Assembly: GCA_038063455.1 (NCBI GenBank)
Contig: JBBTVB010000002.1
Location: forward strand, 193,296 to 257,295
Origin: Patescibacteria group bacterium
GTDB taxonomy: Bacteria; Patescibacteriota; Patescibacteriia; PEXW01
Direction: 5' to 3'
DNA length: 64,000 bases
Part shown: positions 25,582 through 34,866 of the stretch, in pieces
Position numbering within the stretch: the first letter of the stretch is position 1
Layout of the letters: every line of letters begins with the position of its first letter
Notes under the pieces: generated by a model
The model's input: only the letters and a program-made list of their open reading frames with translations
The model's database searches: none
Told to the model about the DNA's origin: nothing
Position numbers and translations under genes: made by a program

Positions 25582-26223
25582 ATGCAACCGCTTGAAGGCC
25601 AATATTGTACGATGTTTATTGTTCGGCACGGCGAAACGGATTTTAATGTCCAAAAAAAGATGCAGGGTAGGTTAGATATTCCTTTAAATGCAACAGGCCA
25701 CCAGCAGGCAAAAAAGCTTGCCACGCGTTTTGCTGACCTGTACCTTGATGCAATTTATTCGTCTGACCTCATCCGGGCACGGGAAACTGCTGCGACAGTG
25801 GCAAAAATGAAAAAATTGGAAATCAAACTTTCGGAACTGCTGCGAGAAAGAAACTTTGGCGAGGCCGAAGGGAGATCTTTAGTTGAAGATGAGGAACTGA
25901 AAAAATTACTCGATGCCTTTGGGACACTTTCACCGGATACTCAATGGCACTCTCGACTTGTTTCTGATTCGGAAACCAATGCGGAAATTGTGGGGCGGAC
26001 ATTTACCTACATCCGCGCGCTCGCTTTACAACATTTGGGCCAGCATGTCCTCATCGTTACGCACGGGGGTGTTATGATGACCTTACTATCGCACCTGGGG
26101 TACGTACCCAAAGAAAAAGCACTGTTTGGCGTGCTGACGAACACCGCAATCGCGGAGTTGCAAAGTGACGGCGTTAACTTTACAGTGAAGCGCGTAGACG
26201 GTCTCAGTTTTAGAAAACCATGA
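25582..26223 (+). CDS. histidine phosphatase family protein (phosphoglycerate mutase-like)
   Basis: RHGETDFN catalytic motif, ..TGHQQA.., and a late ..VTHGGV.. His. TAGAAT -10 box at 25570-25575, 6 nt before the ATG. Confidence 0.85.
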   Translation: MQPLEGQYCTMFIVRHGETDFNVQKKMQGRLDIPLNATGHQQAKKLATRFADLYLDAIYSSDLIRARETAATVAKMKKLEIKLSELLRERNFGEAEGRSLVEDEELKKLLDAFGTLSPDTQWHSRLVSDSETNAEIVGRTFTYIRALALQHLGQHVLIVTHGGVMMTLLSHLGYVPKEKALFGVLTNTAIAELQSDGVNFTVKRVDGLSFRKP

Positions 26224-26492
26224 AATACCTCGTCGGCATTATCCTCATCGGCATTGGCTTCGTTATCATCTGGAAAGCCGACTGGCTCATGGAGAACATG
26301 GGTCGCATCGACTGGGCCGAACGCCACCTGGGCAGCGACGGCGGCACGCGAGCATTTTACAAACTCCTTGGGGTTGCTATTATTCTGCTCTCCTTCTTGC
26401 TCATGGGTGGCGGGCTTGGGAACGGATTGAAAAAGGTGTTGAACCCCAATGCGGTATCAGCACCACAGGAAGAAAATTCGGAAGCACTGTAA
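26220..26492 (+). CDS. small two-pass membrane protein
   Basis: 90-aa ORF overlapping the previous stop (ATGA). Two hydrophobic helices. Confidence 0.6.
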   Translation: MKYLVGIILIGIGFVIIWKADWLMENMGRIDWAERHLGSDGGTRAFYKLLGVAIILLSFLLMGGGLGNGLKKVLNPNAVSAPQEENSEAL

Positions 26493-26566
26493 GGGCCTGT
26501 AGCTTAGTGGCAGAGCATCCGGTTTGCATCCGGAGGATAGGGGTTCGATTCCCCTCAGGTCCACCA
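26493..26566 (+). tRNA. tRNA-Ala (anticodon TGC), CCA encoded
   Basis: Hand-folded. Acceptor GGGCCTG/CAGGTCC with a G3:U70 pair, anticodon arm TCCGG-TTTGCAT-CCGGA, T-arm AGGGG-TTCGATT-CCCCT. Confidence 0.9.
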
Positions 26567-26624
26567 TAATATAAAGGGAGGTGACCCCGCCACGGCGGGG
26601 TAGGGTCCACCCGAACAGTCGGGA

Positions 26625-26731
26625 CATCCGGAGGATAGGGACACACGAAGTGGGCGGGCGCGAGCAAGCGCAGCGCCCCGGGCCGAAGGCCGATTCCCTG
26701 CCTGACGGCAGGCAGGCCCTCAGGTCCACCA
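26625..26731 (+). other. second copy of the tRNA-Ala 3' half, interrupted by GC-rich inserts
   Basis: CATCCGGAGGATAGGG, then a ~50-nt insert containing GGCCGAAGGC, then CGATTCCC, then a ~20-nt hairpin insert (CCTGCC-TGAC-GGCAGG), then CCTCAGGTCCACCA. Confidence 0.5.
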
Positions 26732-26871
26732 ACCTAGGTAACTCATTGGCGTCACTACTAGCCACTAATCTGAAAATTGCAGGTCAGCTTTTGCGTTGGC
26801 GCTTAGGTAAACGGTTAGTGCGTACTGGCATTCAGCCCGCGCTCATAGTCCTGCTGCCACCATAATGGCCC

Positions 26872-26900
26872 TTGACATTTGCAATGGTTATTGGTATTCT
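26872..26900 (+). promoter_or_regulatory. promoter TTGACA-N17-TATTCT upstream of the GT2 gene
   Basis: Read directly. Confidence 0.5.
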
Positions 26901-26958
26901 CAGATTTCGTTTTTTGGTCAGCGTTCGGTTCGTACGCGCGCCATATTTTATTACCTAG

Positions 26959-29235
26959 ATGCCAACCTTACATACCAAGCTTGCCCGCAAGCGACAATGG
27001 GGATCGGAAAAGAACACCGCTCCATTGTCGGCAATGCATGAAATTCCATCAACGAAAAAAATAACCTACAGCCGAACCGCAATTGTCGTCACGGTGTTTT
27101 TTTGGTTGCTGTACGTCATCGATACTGTCATACGTCAATTTTTTGATGGACCGCACACCTTTCAATTCACGACCCAAGCGATAAGCTATTTGGCGGTCGT
27201 AACCCTATTGACCGTTTCCGCGCTCATGTACCTGATTGCCCGACAAGGCGCGTACCAACGGTTTAGTCGTCATGTACGGGTCCCGCGTGCAAAATTGGAT
27301 AACCACTTTTCCGCACACCAACCTGCGCTCACGGTGCTCATCCCGTCGTACGACGAAGAAGTCGCGGTTATTCGAAAGACCATCATTTCCGCCTTGCTCC
27401 AAGAATACCCACATAAGCGCATTGTCCTGCTGATCGACGATAACCCGGTGCAAGCTTCCGTCAGCGGCCGTAAGAAACTTGCCCACACGCGCGAGCTCGG
27501 TCAACAACTCATGCTGCAATTTGCTGAACCGAGAAAGCGTTTTGGCCACGCTCGGTTTCTTGACGGCATTGGCAAATCTCAGGAAACAATCTCACAGCAA
27601 CAAAAGTTTGTCATGGCAGAGTACCGCTGGGCGGTGGCGTGGTTACTGCAGTTCGCTCAACAGGAAAAACTCGAAGACCATGTCGATGCATTTTTTTCTG
27701 AGCACATTCTTCGAGCACTAGCAGAAGAGCTAGAGTTAACCGCGAAAGCGCTGGAAGCCTCTTTACAGGATAAAGAGTACCTATCTTTGCCTCGGTTGCA
27801 GCAGGTGGCCCAGCGTTTGCGTTGGATTTTTAGCGGTGAGATTACAAGTTTTGAACGCAAGACCTACATTTCTTTGTCGCACGAAGCGAACAAGGCAATG
27901 AACCTTAACTCCTATATTGGGCTCATGGGTGGATCGTACCAGGTTGCTTCGACGCCGGACGGAAATGTACTAGTGCCCACTCGTGACGGATCAAAGCAAG
28001 CGGATGTGGTTATTCCAAATAGCGAGTTTATTTTAACGCTCGATGCCGACTCCATGCTCCTGCGTGAGTACTGTTTACGCTTGGTCTATATTCTGCAACA
28101 ACCAGATAATCAAAGGGTTGCGGTCGTGCAAACACCGTACTCGGCCTTTCGCGGTGCGCCGACACGTTTGGAACGCTTAGCTGGCGCCACTACGGATATC
28201 CAGCACATTCAGCACCAGGGTATGACGCAGTACGGTGCGACCTTTTGGGTTGGTGCAAATGCGATTATTCGAAAGAAAGCATTAGAAGATGTAGAGCAGC
28301 ACGAGTCGGTCGGTGGTTTTACCATAAAGCGTTACATTCAAGACTGGACGGTTATCGAAGATACCGAATCGAGCATCGACTTAGCTGCCCACGGCTGGAA
28401 ACTTTACAACTACCCGGAACGGTTAAGTTACAGCGCCACCCCACCAGACTTCGGTTCGCTCATTGTGCAGCGCCGACGGTGGGCCAACGGTGGGTTACTC
28501 ATTTTGCCCAAGCTGTTCGCGCTCTCCGTTGCGGCAAAGCGAAAAAACGAACCGGTCTCCGCGACCACCACCTTCTTGCGCATCAACTACATGGCCTCGA
28601 TTGCGTGGGCCAGTTTTGGTCTCATTTTCATGCTGGCCTACCCGTACGATGGTAGATTATTGAGCCCCTTAGTGGTCTTGGCGGCATTGCCCTATTTTAT
28701 CGCAATGGCCAGCGACCTAAAGTACTCTGGGTACAAGCGGTCAGACGTCATTGGCATCTACGGCTTCAATTTAATTTTATTGCCGGTAAACCTAGCTGGT
28801 GTGCTTAAATCTCTGCAACAGGCGCTGACCAGCAAAAAAATTCCGTTCGCGCGAACGCCGAAAATCAAGAATCGAACGGTCACGCCAACCTTGTACCTGA
28901 TTGCGCCGATGCTTATCGTCGGCTTCTCAATCCTGACGTTCTACCGCAGCTACCTGGCAGACAACTGGGGCAATGCCGCCTTCGCCGCCCTTAACGCGGT
29001 GCTCGCCATCTGGGCCATCGTCGCCTACATTGGGGTTGGCGCCGCCGTTACCGACCTTTGGACCAGCCTCAAAAATTGGCTATTTGTCGAAACGGTTCGC
29101 CCACGTACCGTGAAGCAAAAAAATACTCCGGCGTTCGACTGGCGCGCGGCACTGTACCACGGTGATGACAAAGGAAAAATTCCGGTGCCCCATATTTCTG
29201 AACCGGCAAAAACCACAGGGGGTCCGGATGTCTAA
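26959..29235 (+). CDS. processive family-2 glycosyltransferase (cellulose/chitin-synthase-like), multi-pass membrane protein
   Basis: VLIPSYDEE..LLIDDNP; LTLDADS; VQTPYSAF; IEDTESSIDL; QRRRWANG (D,D,D,QxxRW signature). TM helices at both ends. Confidence 0.85.
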   Translation: MPTLHTKLARKRQWGSEKNTAPLSAMHEIPSTKKITYSRTAIVVTVFFWLLYVIDTVIRQFFDGPHTFQFTTQAISYLAVVTLLTVSALMYLIARQGAYQRFSRHVRVPRAKLDNHFSAHQPALTVLIPSYDEEVAVIRKTIISALLQEYPHKRIVLLIDDNPVQASVSGRKKLAHTRELGQQLMLQFAEPRKRFGHARFLDGIGKSQETISQQQKFVMAEYRWAVAWLLQFAQQEKLEDHVDAFFSEHILRALAEELELTAKALEASLQDKEYLSLPRLQQVAQRLRWIFSGEITSFERKTYISLSHEANKAMNLNSYIGLMGGSYQVASTPDGNVLVPTRDGSKQADVVIPNSEFILTLDADSMLLREYCLRLVYILQQPDNQRVAVVQTPYSAFRGAPTRLERLAGATTDIQHIQHQGMTQYGATFWVGANAIIRKKALEDVEQHESVGGFTIKRYIQDWTVIEDTESSIDLAAHGWKLYNYPERLSYSATPPDFGSLIVQRRRWANGGLLILPKLFALSVAAKRKNEPVSATTTFLRINYMASIAWASFGLIFMLAYPYDGRLLSPLVVLAALPYFIAMASDLKYSGYKRSDVIGIYGFNLILLPVNLAGVLKSLQQALTSKKIPFARTPKIKNRTVTPTLYLIAPMLIVGFSILTFYRSYLADNWGNAAFAALNAVLAIWAIVAYIGVGAAVTDLWTSLKNWLFVETVRPRTVKQKNTPAFDWRAALYHGDDKGKIPVPHISEPAKTTGGPDV

Positions 29236-30784
29236 CCACACGGACATGGTCATAAAGCGCACGTTGTCGATTCCGCGGCTAGCACTACTGGTGGGTGTCG
29301 TCGCATGTGTGGCGCTTGGATTGTGGTATGGCAAATCAAGCTTTGTGAACAGCCCGAATGCCCGCCCGTGGTTTGCCGCCTACGTCGACGCCACGTTGAC
29401 ACCGGCTTTCTCTTTTCAAACCCTCGGGGGCGAGACCGCGGCGAATGCCGTCCTTTCATTTATTGTAGCCACCCCCAACGCTCCGTGTGTGCCGGCCTGG
29501 GGCGCCGCCTACAGCCTCGACCAAGCCAATGCGTCATTGAGTCTTGACGCTCGGCTCGCTCGACTGAAACAACGCGGGGGCGAAGCGATTGTTTCTTTTG
29601 GCGGGCGCGATAATCAGGAATTGTCCGTCGGCTGTACGGACGAAAGCAAGCTGTATGACGCCTACAATGGCGTTGTGGAACGGTACGATAGCACGACCAT
29701 CGATCTCGATCTTGAGGGCTCGACACTGGCAGACAAAGATGCCGGCGAGCGCCGGGCGCGGGTCATGGCAAAACTCCAAGCCGATCGGCGAGCATCGGGA
29801 AAGGCATTCGCTGTCTGGCTAACCTTACCGGCCACCCCGCAAGGATTGTCGGAACCCGGAACGCAGATGGTTGAAATATTTCTAAACGCCAAGGTAGACC
29901 TAGCCGGGGTAAATGTCATGACCATGAATTACGGCGAAAGCTTACAGGGCATGTCGATGGTGGAAGGTTCCGTACAGGCTTTAACCAACACGCATCGGCA
30001 ACTCAAAATCCTCTACGAGCGGACCGGCGTTTCGCTTAGTAATGCAACGCTCTGGTCAAAAATTGGCGCGACGCCCATGATCGGCCAGAATGACTTGGCT
30101 GGAGAAATTGTGACCGTGCAAGGCGCTGAAGCCCTGAATGCTTTTGCTGTGCAGGCTGGGATCGGGCGGATGTCGATGTGGTCTGCAAACCGCGATATTG
30201 CCTGTGGCAGTAACTACGTCAACCTAACCAGGGTTTCGAACTCCTGCAGCGGGGTGCCGCAAGAGCGGGAAGAATTTATGCGCGTGTTGAGCGCTGGGTT
30301 CGACGGCACTATTTCCAGCAGTTCCGAGCTCGTTACCGCGCCGGATGCGAAGGCAGAAAAAACCACGGAGATTATTGACGACCCGGCCCAAAGTCCGTAT
30401 CAGATTTGGACCGCCACCGGCGTCTACCTGGAGGGGGAAAAAATCGTATGGAAGAAAAATGTCTACCAAGCAAAGTGGTGGACGCAGGGTGAGGTTCCGG
30501 ATAATCCGGTCTTGCAGTCTTGGGAAACGCCGTGGGAACTCATCGGTCCGGTCTTGCCGGGCGATAAACCCATACCGCAAGCGACCCTGCCCGCCGGGAA
30601 GTACCCCGAATGGAGCGGAACGGCAACGTACAATGCTGGCCAGCGGGTTGTCTTGGGCGGCGTGCCATATCAAGCAAAGTGGTGGACGCAGGGCGATAGC
30701 CCAGCCGCGACAGCGGTTGATCCGAATAGTTCACCCTGGGTGCCGTTAACGCAGGCGCAGATTAATGAGCTTTTGAAAAAGTAG
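29228..30784 (+). CDS. membrane-anchored GH18 chitinase-like protein with two CBM5/12-type carbohydrate-binding modules
   Basis: Start ATG at 29228 overlaps the GT2 stop by 8 nt. N-terminal anchor helix. GH18-like SFGG..TIDLDLEG..MTMNYG. Two repeats: Y.IWTATGVYLEGEKIVWKKNVYQAKWWTQG and Y.EWSGTATYNAGQRVVLGGVPYQAKWWTQG. Confidence 0.8.
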   Translation: MSNHTDMVIKRTLSIPRLALLVGVVACVALGLWYGKSSFVNSPNARPWFAAYVDATLTPAFSFQTLGGETAANAVLSFIVATPNAPCVPAWGAAYSLDQANASLSLDARLARLKQRGGEAIVSFGGRDNQELSVGCTDESKLYDAYNGVVERYDSTTIDLDLEGSTLADKDAGERRARVMAKLQADRRASGKAFAVWLTLPATPQGLSEPGTQMVEIFLNAKVDLAGVNVMTMNYGESLQGMSMVEGSVQALTNTHRQLKILYERTGVSLSNATLWSKIGATPMIGQNDLAGEIVTVQGAEALNAFAVQAGIGRMSMWSANRDIACGSNYVNLTRVSNSCSGVPQEREEFMRVLSAGFDGTISSSSELVTAPDAKAEKTTEIIDDPAQSPYQIWTATGVYLEGEKIVWKKNVYQAKWWTQGEVPDNPVLQSWETPWELIGPVLPGDKPIPQATLPAGKYPEWSGTATYNAGQRVVLGGVPYQAKWWTQGDSPAATAVDPNSSPWVPLTQAQINELLKK

Positions 30785-30824
30785 TGTATTGCAATACCGA
30801 GCTCGTACTTGCTACTATCGTGCT

Positions 30825-30902
30825 ATGACTAACGAGATGATCGCCTACAACCGTAGCCAAGCAAAAAATGCCAAGCGCATATGCGAGGCCTGCGGAGGGT
30901 AA
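30825..30902 (+). pseudogene. 25-codon remnant of a DUF1801-family gene N-terminus
   Basis: MTNEMIAYNRSQAKNAKRICEA.. parallels MTNDITIYNRAQSKKEERICDA.. of the gene at 31233, then terminates. Confidence 0.45.
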
Positions 30903-30980
30903 ATGTTAAGACCGCCGGCGGAGTGAAAGAAAAAATATTTACCACCAAAGAAAAGAATCTAACTCTAATTAGTAACTACT

Positions 30981-31166
30981 ATGAAAACACTCAAATGTGA
31001 TATGTGCGAAATTACTGCTCAGGGAGAAACTTTCGAAGACTGGATGAGCGCACTCAAGACACATTACATGACGGCCCACCCCGAGGTGATGTCCGATACC
31101 AGCAAAACGATGGATGATATGCAAAAGTGGATGGTTGAGAACCAGACAAGATTCAACGCGGCATAA
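30981..31166 (+). CDS. DUF1059-like small protein
   Basis: 61 aa. MKTLKCDMCEITAQGETFEDWMSALKTHYMTAHPE pattern. Confidence 0.65.
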   Translation: MKTLKCDMCEITAQGETFEDWMSALKTHYMTAHPEVMSDTSKTMDDMQKWMVENQTRFNAA

Positions 31167-31232
31167 AAAAGACCTCAATAGTCTAATAGCTTACGTTCGA
31201 ATTACTGGAGAATTTTCTCGATAAACCCCACC

Positions 31233-31637
31233 ATGCAAATGACTAACGACATCACAATCTACAACCGCGCGCAATCAAAAAAAGAGGAAAGGATTTGTGA
31301 TGCGTTGCGGCGAGTGATTGATGCCGCTTTGCCAAAGGCCGAGAGCAAAATGTGGCACGGCGGGCCGGTGTGGTTTTTGGCGGGCAACCCGATTGTTGGC
31401 TACTCGTTGCGGAAGCAGGGTGTGCAGCTGCTATTCTGGAGCGGCATGTCGTTTGCCGAACCTGGCCTGTTGCCGATTGGCAACGTCAAAAAGTTCAAAG
31501 CCGCAGGCATTACCTACACGGACAGCAAACAATTGAAGCTTGCCGACATCAAGCGCTGGCTGCGAAAAGCTAAAACCATCCAGTGGGATTACAAGAACAT
31601 TATCAAACGCAGAGGAAAGTTGATTCGGTTGAAGTAA
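31233..31637 (+). CDS. DUF1801 (YdhG-like) domain protein
   Basis: 134 aa. ..KMWHGGPVWFLAGNPIVGYSLRKQGVQLLFWSG.. Confidence 0.7.
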   Translation: MQMTNDITIYNRAQSKKEERICDALRRVIDAALPKAESKMWHGGPVWFLAGNPIVGYSLRKQGVQLLFWSGMSFAEPGLLPIGNVKKFKAAGITYTDSKQLKLADIKRWLRKAKTIQWDYKNIIKRRGKLIRLK

Positions 31638-31643
31638 CGCGGG

Positions 31644-32078
31644 TTAGCTGACCGCCTTCTTCAAGAGCGCGCTGATTTTTGCTTCTTCCGCAGCGCCTAA
31701 TTTTTTCAACGCAAAGGCCGTTGACCACATGGCCCCGTCGTCGAGCTTGGCCGTGTCGCTAAAACCGAGCGAAGCGTAACGTGTCTTGAACTTTTTCGCG
31801 GCTTGGAAAAAGCAGACGACCTTTTCGCCCTTGGCATAGGCGGGCATGCTGTACCAAGTTTTCGGCATCAGGCTTGGCGCGCTCTTTTTGATAAGCGCAT
31901 GGAGCTTTTTTGCCATTGATTTGTCCGGCTCCACCATCTTGGCAATAGCCGCGAGGACGTCCTTTTCGCCTTGCGCCCGATTCTTGCCCGCCCGCGCTTC
32001 CGCGAGTAGCTCTTTGGCGCGGTTCTGCATGGCTTCGCGTTCAAAGTCCGAAAAACCGGTGAATTTCTTTTTTGGCAT
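31644..32078 (-). CDS. DUF1801 (YdhG-like) domain protein
   Basis: 144 aa. ..[35 protein letters not shown].. Confidence 0.7.
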   Translation of the reverse strand: MPKKKFTGFSDFEREAMQNRAKELLAEARAGKNRAQGEKDVLAAIAKMVEPDKSMAKKLHALIKKSAPSLMPKTWYSMPAYAKGEKVVCFFQAAKKFKTRYASLGFSDTAKLDDGAMWSTAFALKKLGAAEEAKISALLKKAVS

Positions 32079-32233
32079 AGGGTTGATAAAAAATAGAGTG
32101 CCTTACGTACGTAGTATATACATTAGCCATAATCCCGCCACAACGGCGCAGGACCACTGGAGCAAACACCTTTCGACTTGTAGCAGAAGGTCTGCTAGAA
32201 TGGACGGACTCAATTGCATATTGTATTTGGCCC

Positions 32234-33190
32234 ATGACCCCCGCCATCTCCACCACCAATCTCCAGAAGTCTTTTGGGGACAACCACGTCCTCAAAGGGA
32301 TTAATCTCTCTATCCCCGCAGGCAGCGTCTTTGCCTTGCTCGGCCCTAATGGTGCAGGTAAGACGACCATTGTTCGCATCCTCTCTACCCTGCTCCAATT
32401 GGATGGCGGCACGGCAACCGTCGGCGGGTTTGATGTGAAATCGCAAGCGCAGGATGTCCGCGGCATCATTGGCCTGACCGGCCAGTTCGCGGCGGTGGAT
32501 GAAAAACTGACCGGGCGAGAAAACCTCGAAATTATCGGCCGGCTCTACCACATCAGTGCGGCCGACGCCAAACGTCGCGCGCAGGAACTGCTGGAACGGT
32601 TTGAACTGGTGGATGCCGCGGGCCGGGCCGTGAAGAAGTATTCGGGTGGTATGCGCCGGCGCCTGGACTTGGCGGCCAGCTTAATTGTAACGCCGCCGAT
32701 TATTTTCCTAGACGAGCCAACGACGGGCCTGGACCCGCACAGCCGCAACACCATGTGGACGATTATTCAAGAACTCGTAAAAGAAGGCACGACTATACTT
32801 TTGACCACGCAGTATTTGGAAGAAGCTGACCAGCTGGCCGATTCCATTGCTGTCATCGACAACGGCGTGGTTATTGCCATGGGCACGGCTGACGAGCTCA
32901 AAGACAAAGTGGGCCGCGAGCAGCTAGCCGTGGAAATGGAAAATGACGCGGACTTTACCAAGGCCGTGACCGAACTCGGCAAGCAGGCTGTCCAACAAAA
33001 TGCTGCCACGCGGATAATGAAATTTCCGGTGGAGCACGGTGTGCACCAGCTCCGCGCCATTCTGGACCAATTTGACGAAGCGCACATTAACGTAAAGAGC
33101 ATTGCCACGCAACGCCCGACACTGGATGACGTATTCCTCAAGCTGACTGGCCACGAAGCCGAGATAAAAACCGAGGAGAAAAAATCATGA
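32234..33190 (+). CDS. ABC transporter ATP-binding protein (DrrA/ABC-2 type)
   Basis: Walker A LLGPNGAGKTT, signature YSGGMRRRLDLA, Walker B IIFLDEPTTGLD. Confidence 0.9.
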   Translation: MTPAISTTNLQKSFGDNHVLKGINLSIPAGSVFALLGPNGAGKTTIVRILSTLLQLDGGTATVGGFDVKSQAQDVRGIIGLTGQFAAVDEKLTGRENLEIIGRLYHISAADAKRRAQELLERFELVDAAGRAVKKYSGGMRRRLDLAASLIVTPPIIFLDEPTTGLDPHSRNTMWTIIQELVKEGTTILLTTQYLEEADQLADSIAVIDNGVVIAMGTADELKDKVGREQLAVEMENDADFTKAVTELGKQAVQQNAATRIMKFPVEHGVHQLRAILDQFDEAHINVKSIATQRPTLDDVFLKLTGHEAEIKTEEKKS

Positions 33191-33996
33191 GTACGACTAC
33201 GACAAGTAAAATTCCGCAACTCAAACACTCTGGACTAGTCTGGTACTTCATTGACAGCTGGGTCATGGTCAAGCGCAGCTTGCTGCAAATTCGACAGGAC
33301 CCAGAGCAACTCCTGGGCATAACCATCCAGCCGATTATGTTCGTGGTGCTGTTCCGCTACGTCTTTGGCGGGGCTATTGATACGGGCGGCGTGAGCTACA
33401 TCAACTTCCTCATGGCCGGCATTTTCGTACAAACCGCTGCTTTCGGCTCGACTATCTCGAGTTACAGCGTGGCCATTGATTTGGAAAAAGGCATTATGGA
33501 CCGCTTCCGGTCTTTGCCCATGGTCAAGAGCGCGGTGCTCACCGGCCACGTGGTAGCCGACTTGTTCCGCAATCTGCTGGCCACCGCGGTGATGATTGGC
33601 GCTGGCTTAGCTGTTGGCTTTCGGCCCGAGGCGAGCGCGGGCGAGTGGGTGCTGGCCATTGCGCTGCTACTATTCTTCTCGTTCGCGCTCTCGTGGCTAT
33701 TCGTCATCGTGGCCCTGGTGGGAAAGTCCATCCAGTTCGTGCAGCAGTTCGGCTTCATCCTCATCTTCCCGCTCACCTTTGTGAGCAGCGCCTTCGTGCC
33801 GGTGGACACCATGCCGTCGTGGCTGCGCGTTTTTGCCGAGAACCAGCCGCTGACGCACCTCATCGAGGCCATCCGCGCGCTGCTGGTAAACACCCCAGTA
33901 GGTAATCACGTCTGGTGGACGGTGGTATGGAGCTTTATCATTTTAATTGTTGGCCTTACCACCACAACCACGATTTTCCGACGGCAGGCGAAGTGA
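33187..33996 (+). CDS. ABC-2 type transporter permease
   Basis: 269 aa with six hydrophobic helices. Its start overlaps the ATPase stop (ATGA). Confidence 0.85.
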   Translation: MSTTTTSKIPQLKHSGLVWYFIDSWVMVKRSLLQIRQDPEQLLGITIQPIMFVVLFRYVFGGAIDTGGVSYINFLMAGIFVQTAAFGSTISSYSVAIDLEKGIMDRFRSLPMVKSAVLTGHVVADLFRNLLATAVMIGAGLAVGFRPEASAGEWVLAIALLLFFSFALSWLFVIVALVGKSIQFVQQFGFILIFPLTFVSSAFVPVDTMPSWLRVFAENQPLTHLIEAIRALLVNTPVGNHVWWTVVWSFIILIVGLTTTTTIFRRQAK

Positions 33997-34004
33997 CACG
34001 CAGT

Positions 34005-34034
34005 GTCATCCTGAGACCAGCAGGCCGAAGGATC
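34005..34034. repeat. REP-like hairpin unit GTCATCCTGAG..GGCCGAAGGATC
   Basis: ATCCT..AGGAT stem containing the GCCGAAGG core that is also seen at 14543, 25230 and 26684. Confidence 0.5.
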
Positions 34035-34229
34035 TTTTTACCTACCCATTGCCTGTTACCATGGGCGTCTTTTATCGTTGTCTAGTGCACGAATCCACCT
34101 TGGAAACTCCCGTCAGAAAACTTGACCCTAGTGTTTGCGGGGTTGTATCCCTGCTGCAGACCGGATAGAAAAACGGGGGGCTTGAAAAAAATAACGCCTC
34201 GTTGTAGGTTGGGATGCAAATACAAAAAC

Positions 34230-34781
34230 ATGGAAGTGAGAGGCAAAATGAGAACTTTACCATTAGCAGAGTATCTGCACCCAGCAATTACCAAGCGTTG
34301 GGTACCAGAAATCCAAGGCTGGGGCCTTTTTACAACGCACCCTCTGCCAGCAGGGGAAATACTTATGCGGGATGATGGACTACTCATCACCCCCGAGGAA
34401 TTTCACCAATTACCACCAGAACACCAAGAATATCCGTACAACGTTACGGATGGGCTACTGCTCGCACCGGAGAATTTATATTGCCCCAGTGATAACTGGC
34501 GCATGAATCACTCGTGCGAGCCAACAGCTGGGTACCAGCATCCGTTCATCTGGGTAGCCTTACGAAACATTGCGGCCGGGGAAGAGGTTACTTTCGACTA
34601 TGCAATAGCGTGGACCGAAGTCGGCTTACAAGAGCCAATACGCTGCACGTGTCGTTCTCGGCATTGTCGAGGGCTCATTACCAGCAGCGACTGGAAGATA
34701 CCGTTGGTGCAAAAGAAATATCGGGGGTTCTTTACTCCCGATGTTGAAGCAAAGATCCTTCATGTATATGGTCAGCCTTAG
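34230..34781 (+). CDS. SET-domain protein (putative protein lysine methyltransferase)
   Basis: GWGLFTTHPLPAGEIL..; NHSCEPT; EEVTFDY; post-SET-like CTCRSRHCRG. Start uncertain: ATG at 34230 or 34248. Confidence 0.75.
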   Translation: MEVRGKMRTLPLAEYLHPAITKRWVPEIQGWGLFTTHPLPAGEILMRDDGLLITPEEFHQLPPEHQEYPYNVTDGLLLAPENLYCPSDNWRMNHSCEPTAGYQHPFIWVALRNIAAGEEVTFDYAIAWTEVGLQEPIRCTCRSRHCRGLITSSDWKIPLVQKKYRGFFTPDVEAKILHVYGQP

Positions 34782-34866
34782 TGCTGACCATTTTTTTATG
34801 CGTGTTACCTTTCCTTGGCTGCTTCGTTGTATAGTACAAGAAGCTTCTTCCTGAAAATCTGACCGC

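Noticed and set aside
26401-26865. ORFs 26401..26667(-), 26457..26765(-) and 26581..26865(+) around tRNA-Ala.
   Set aside because: They overlap tRNA-Ala and its interrupted 3'-half copy. The translations are repeat- or tRNA-derived (..DLRGIEPLSSGCKPDALPLSYRP..).
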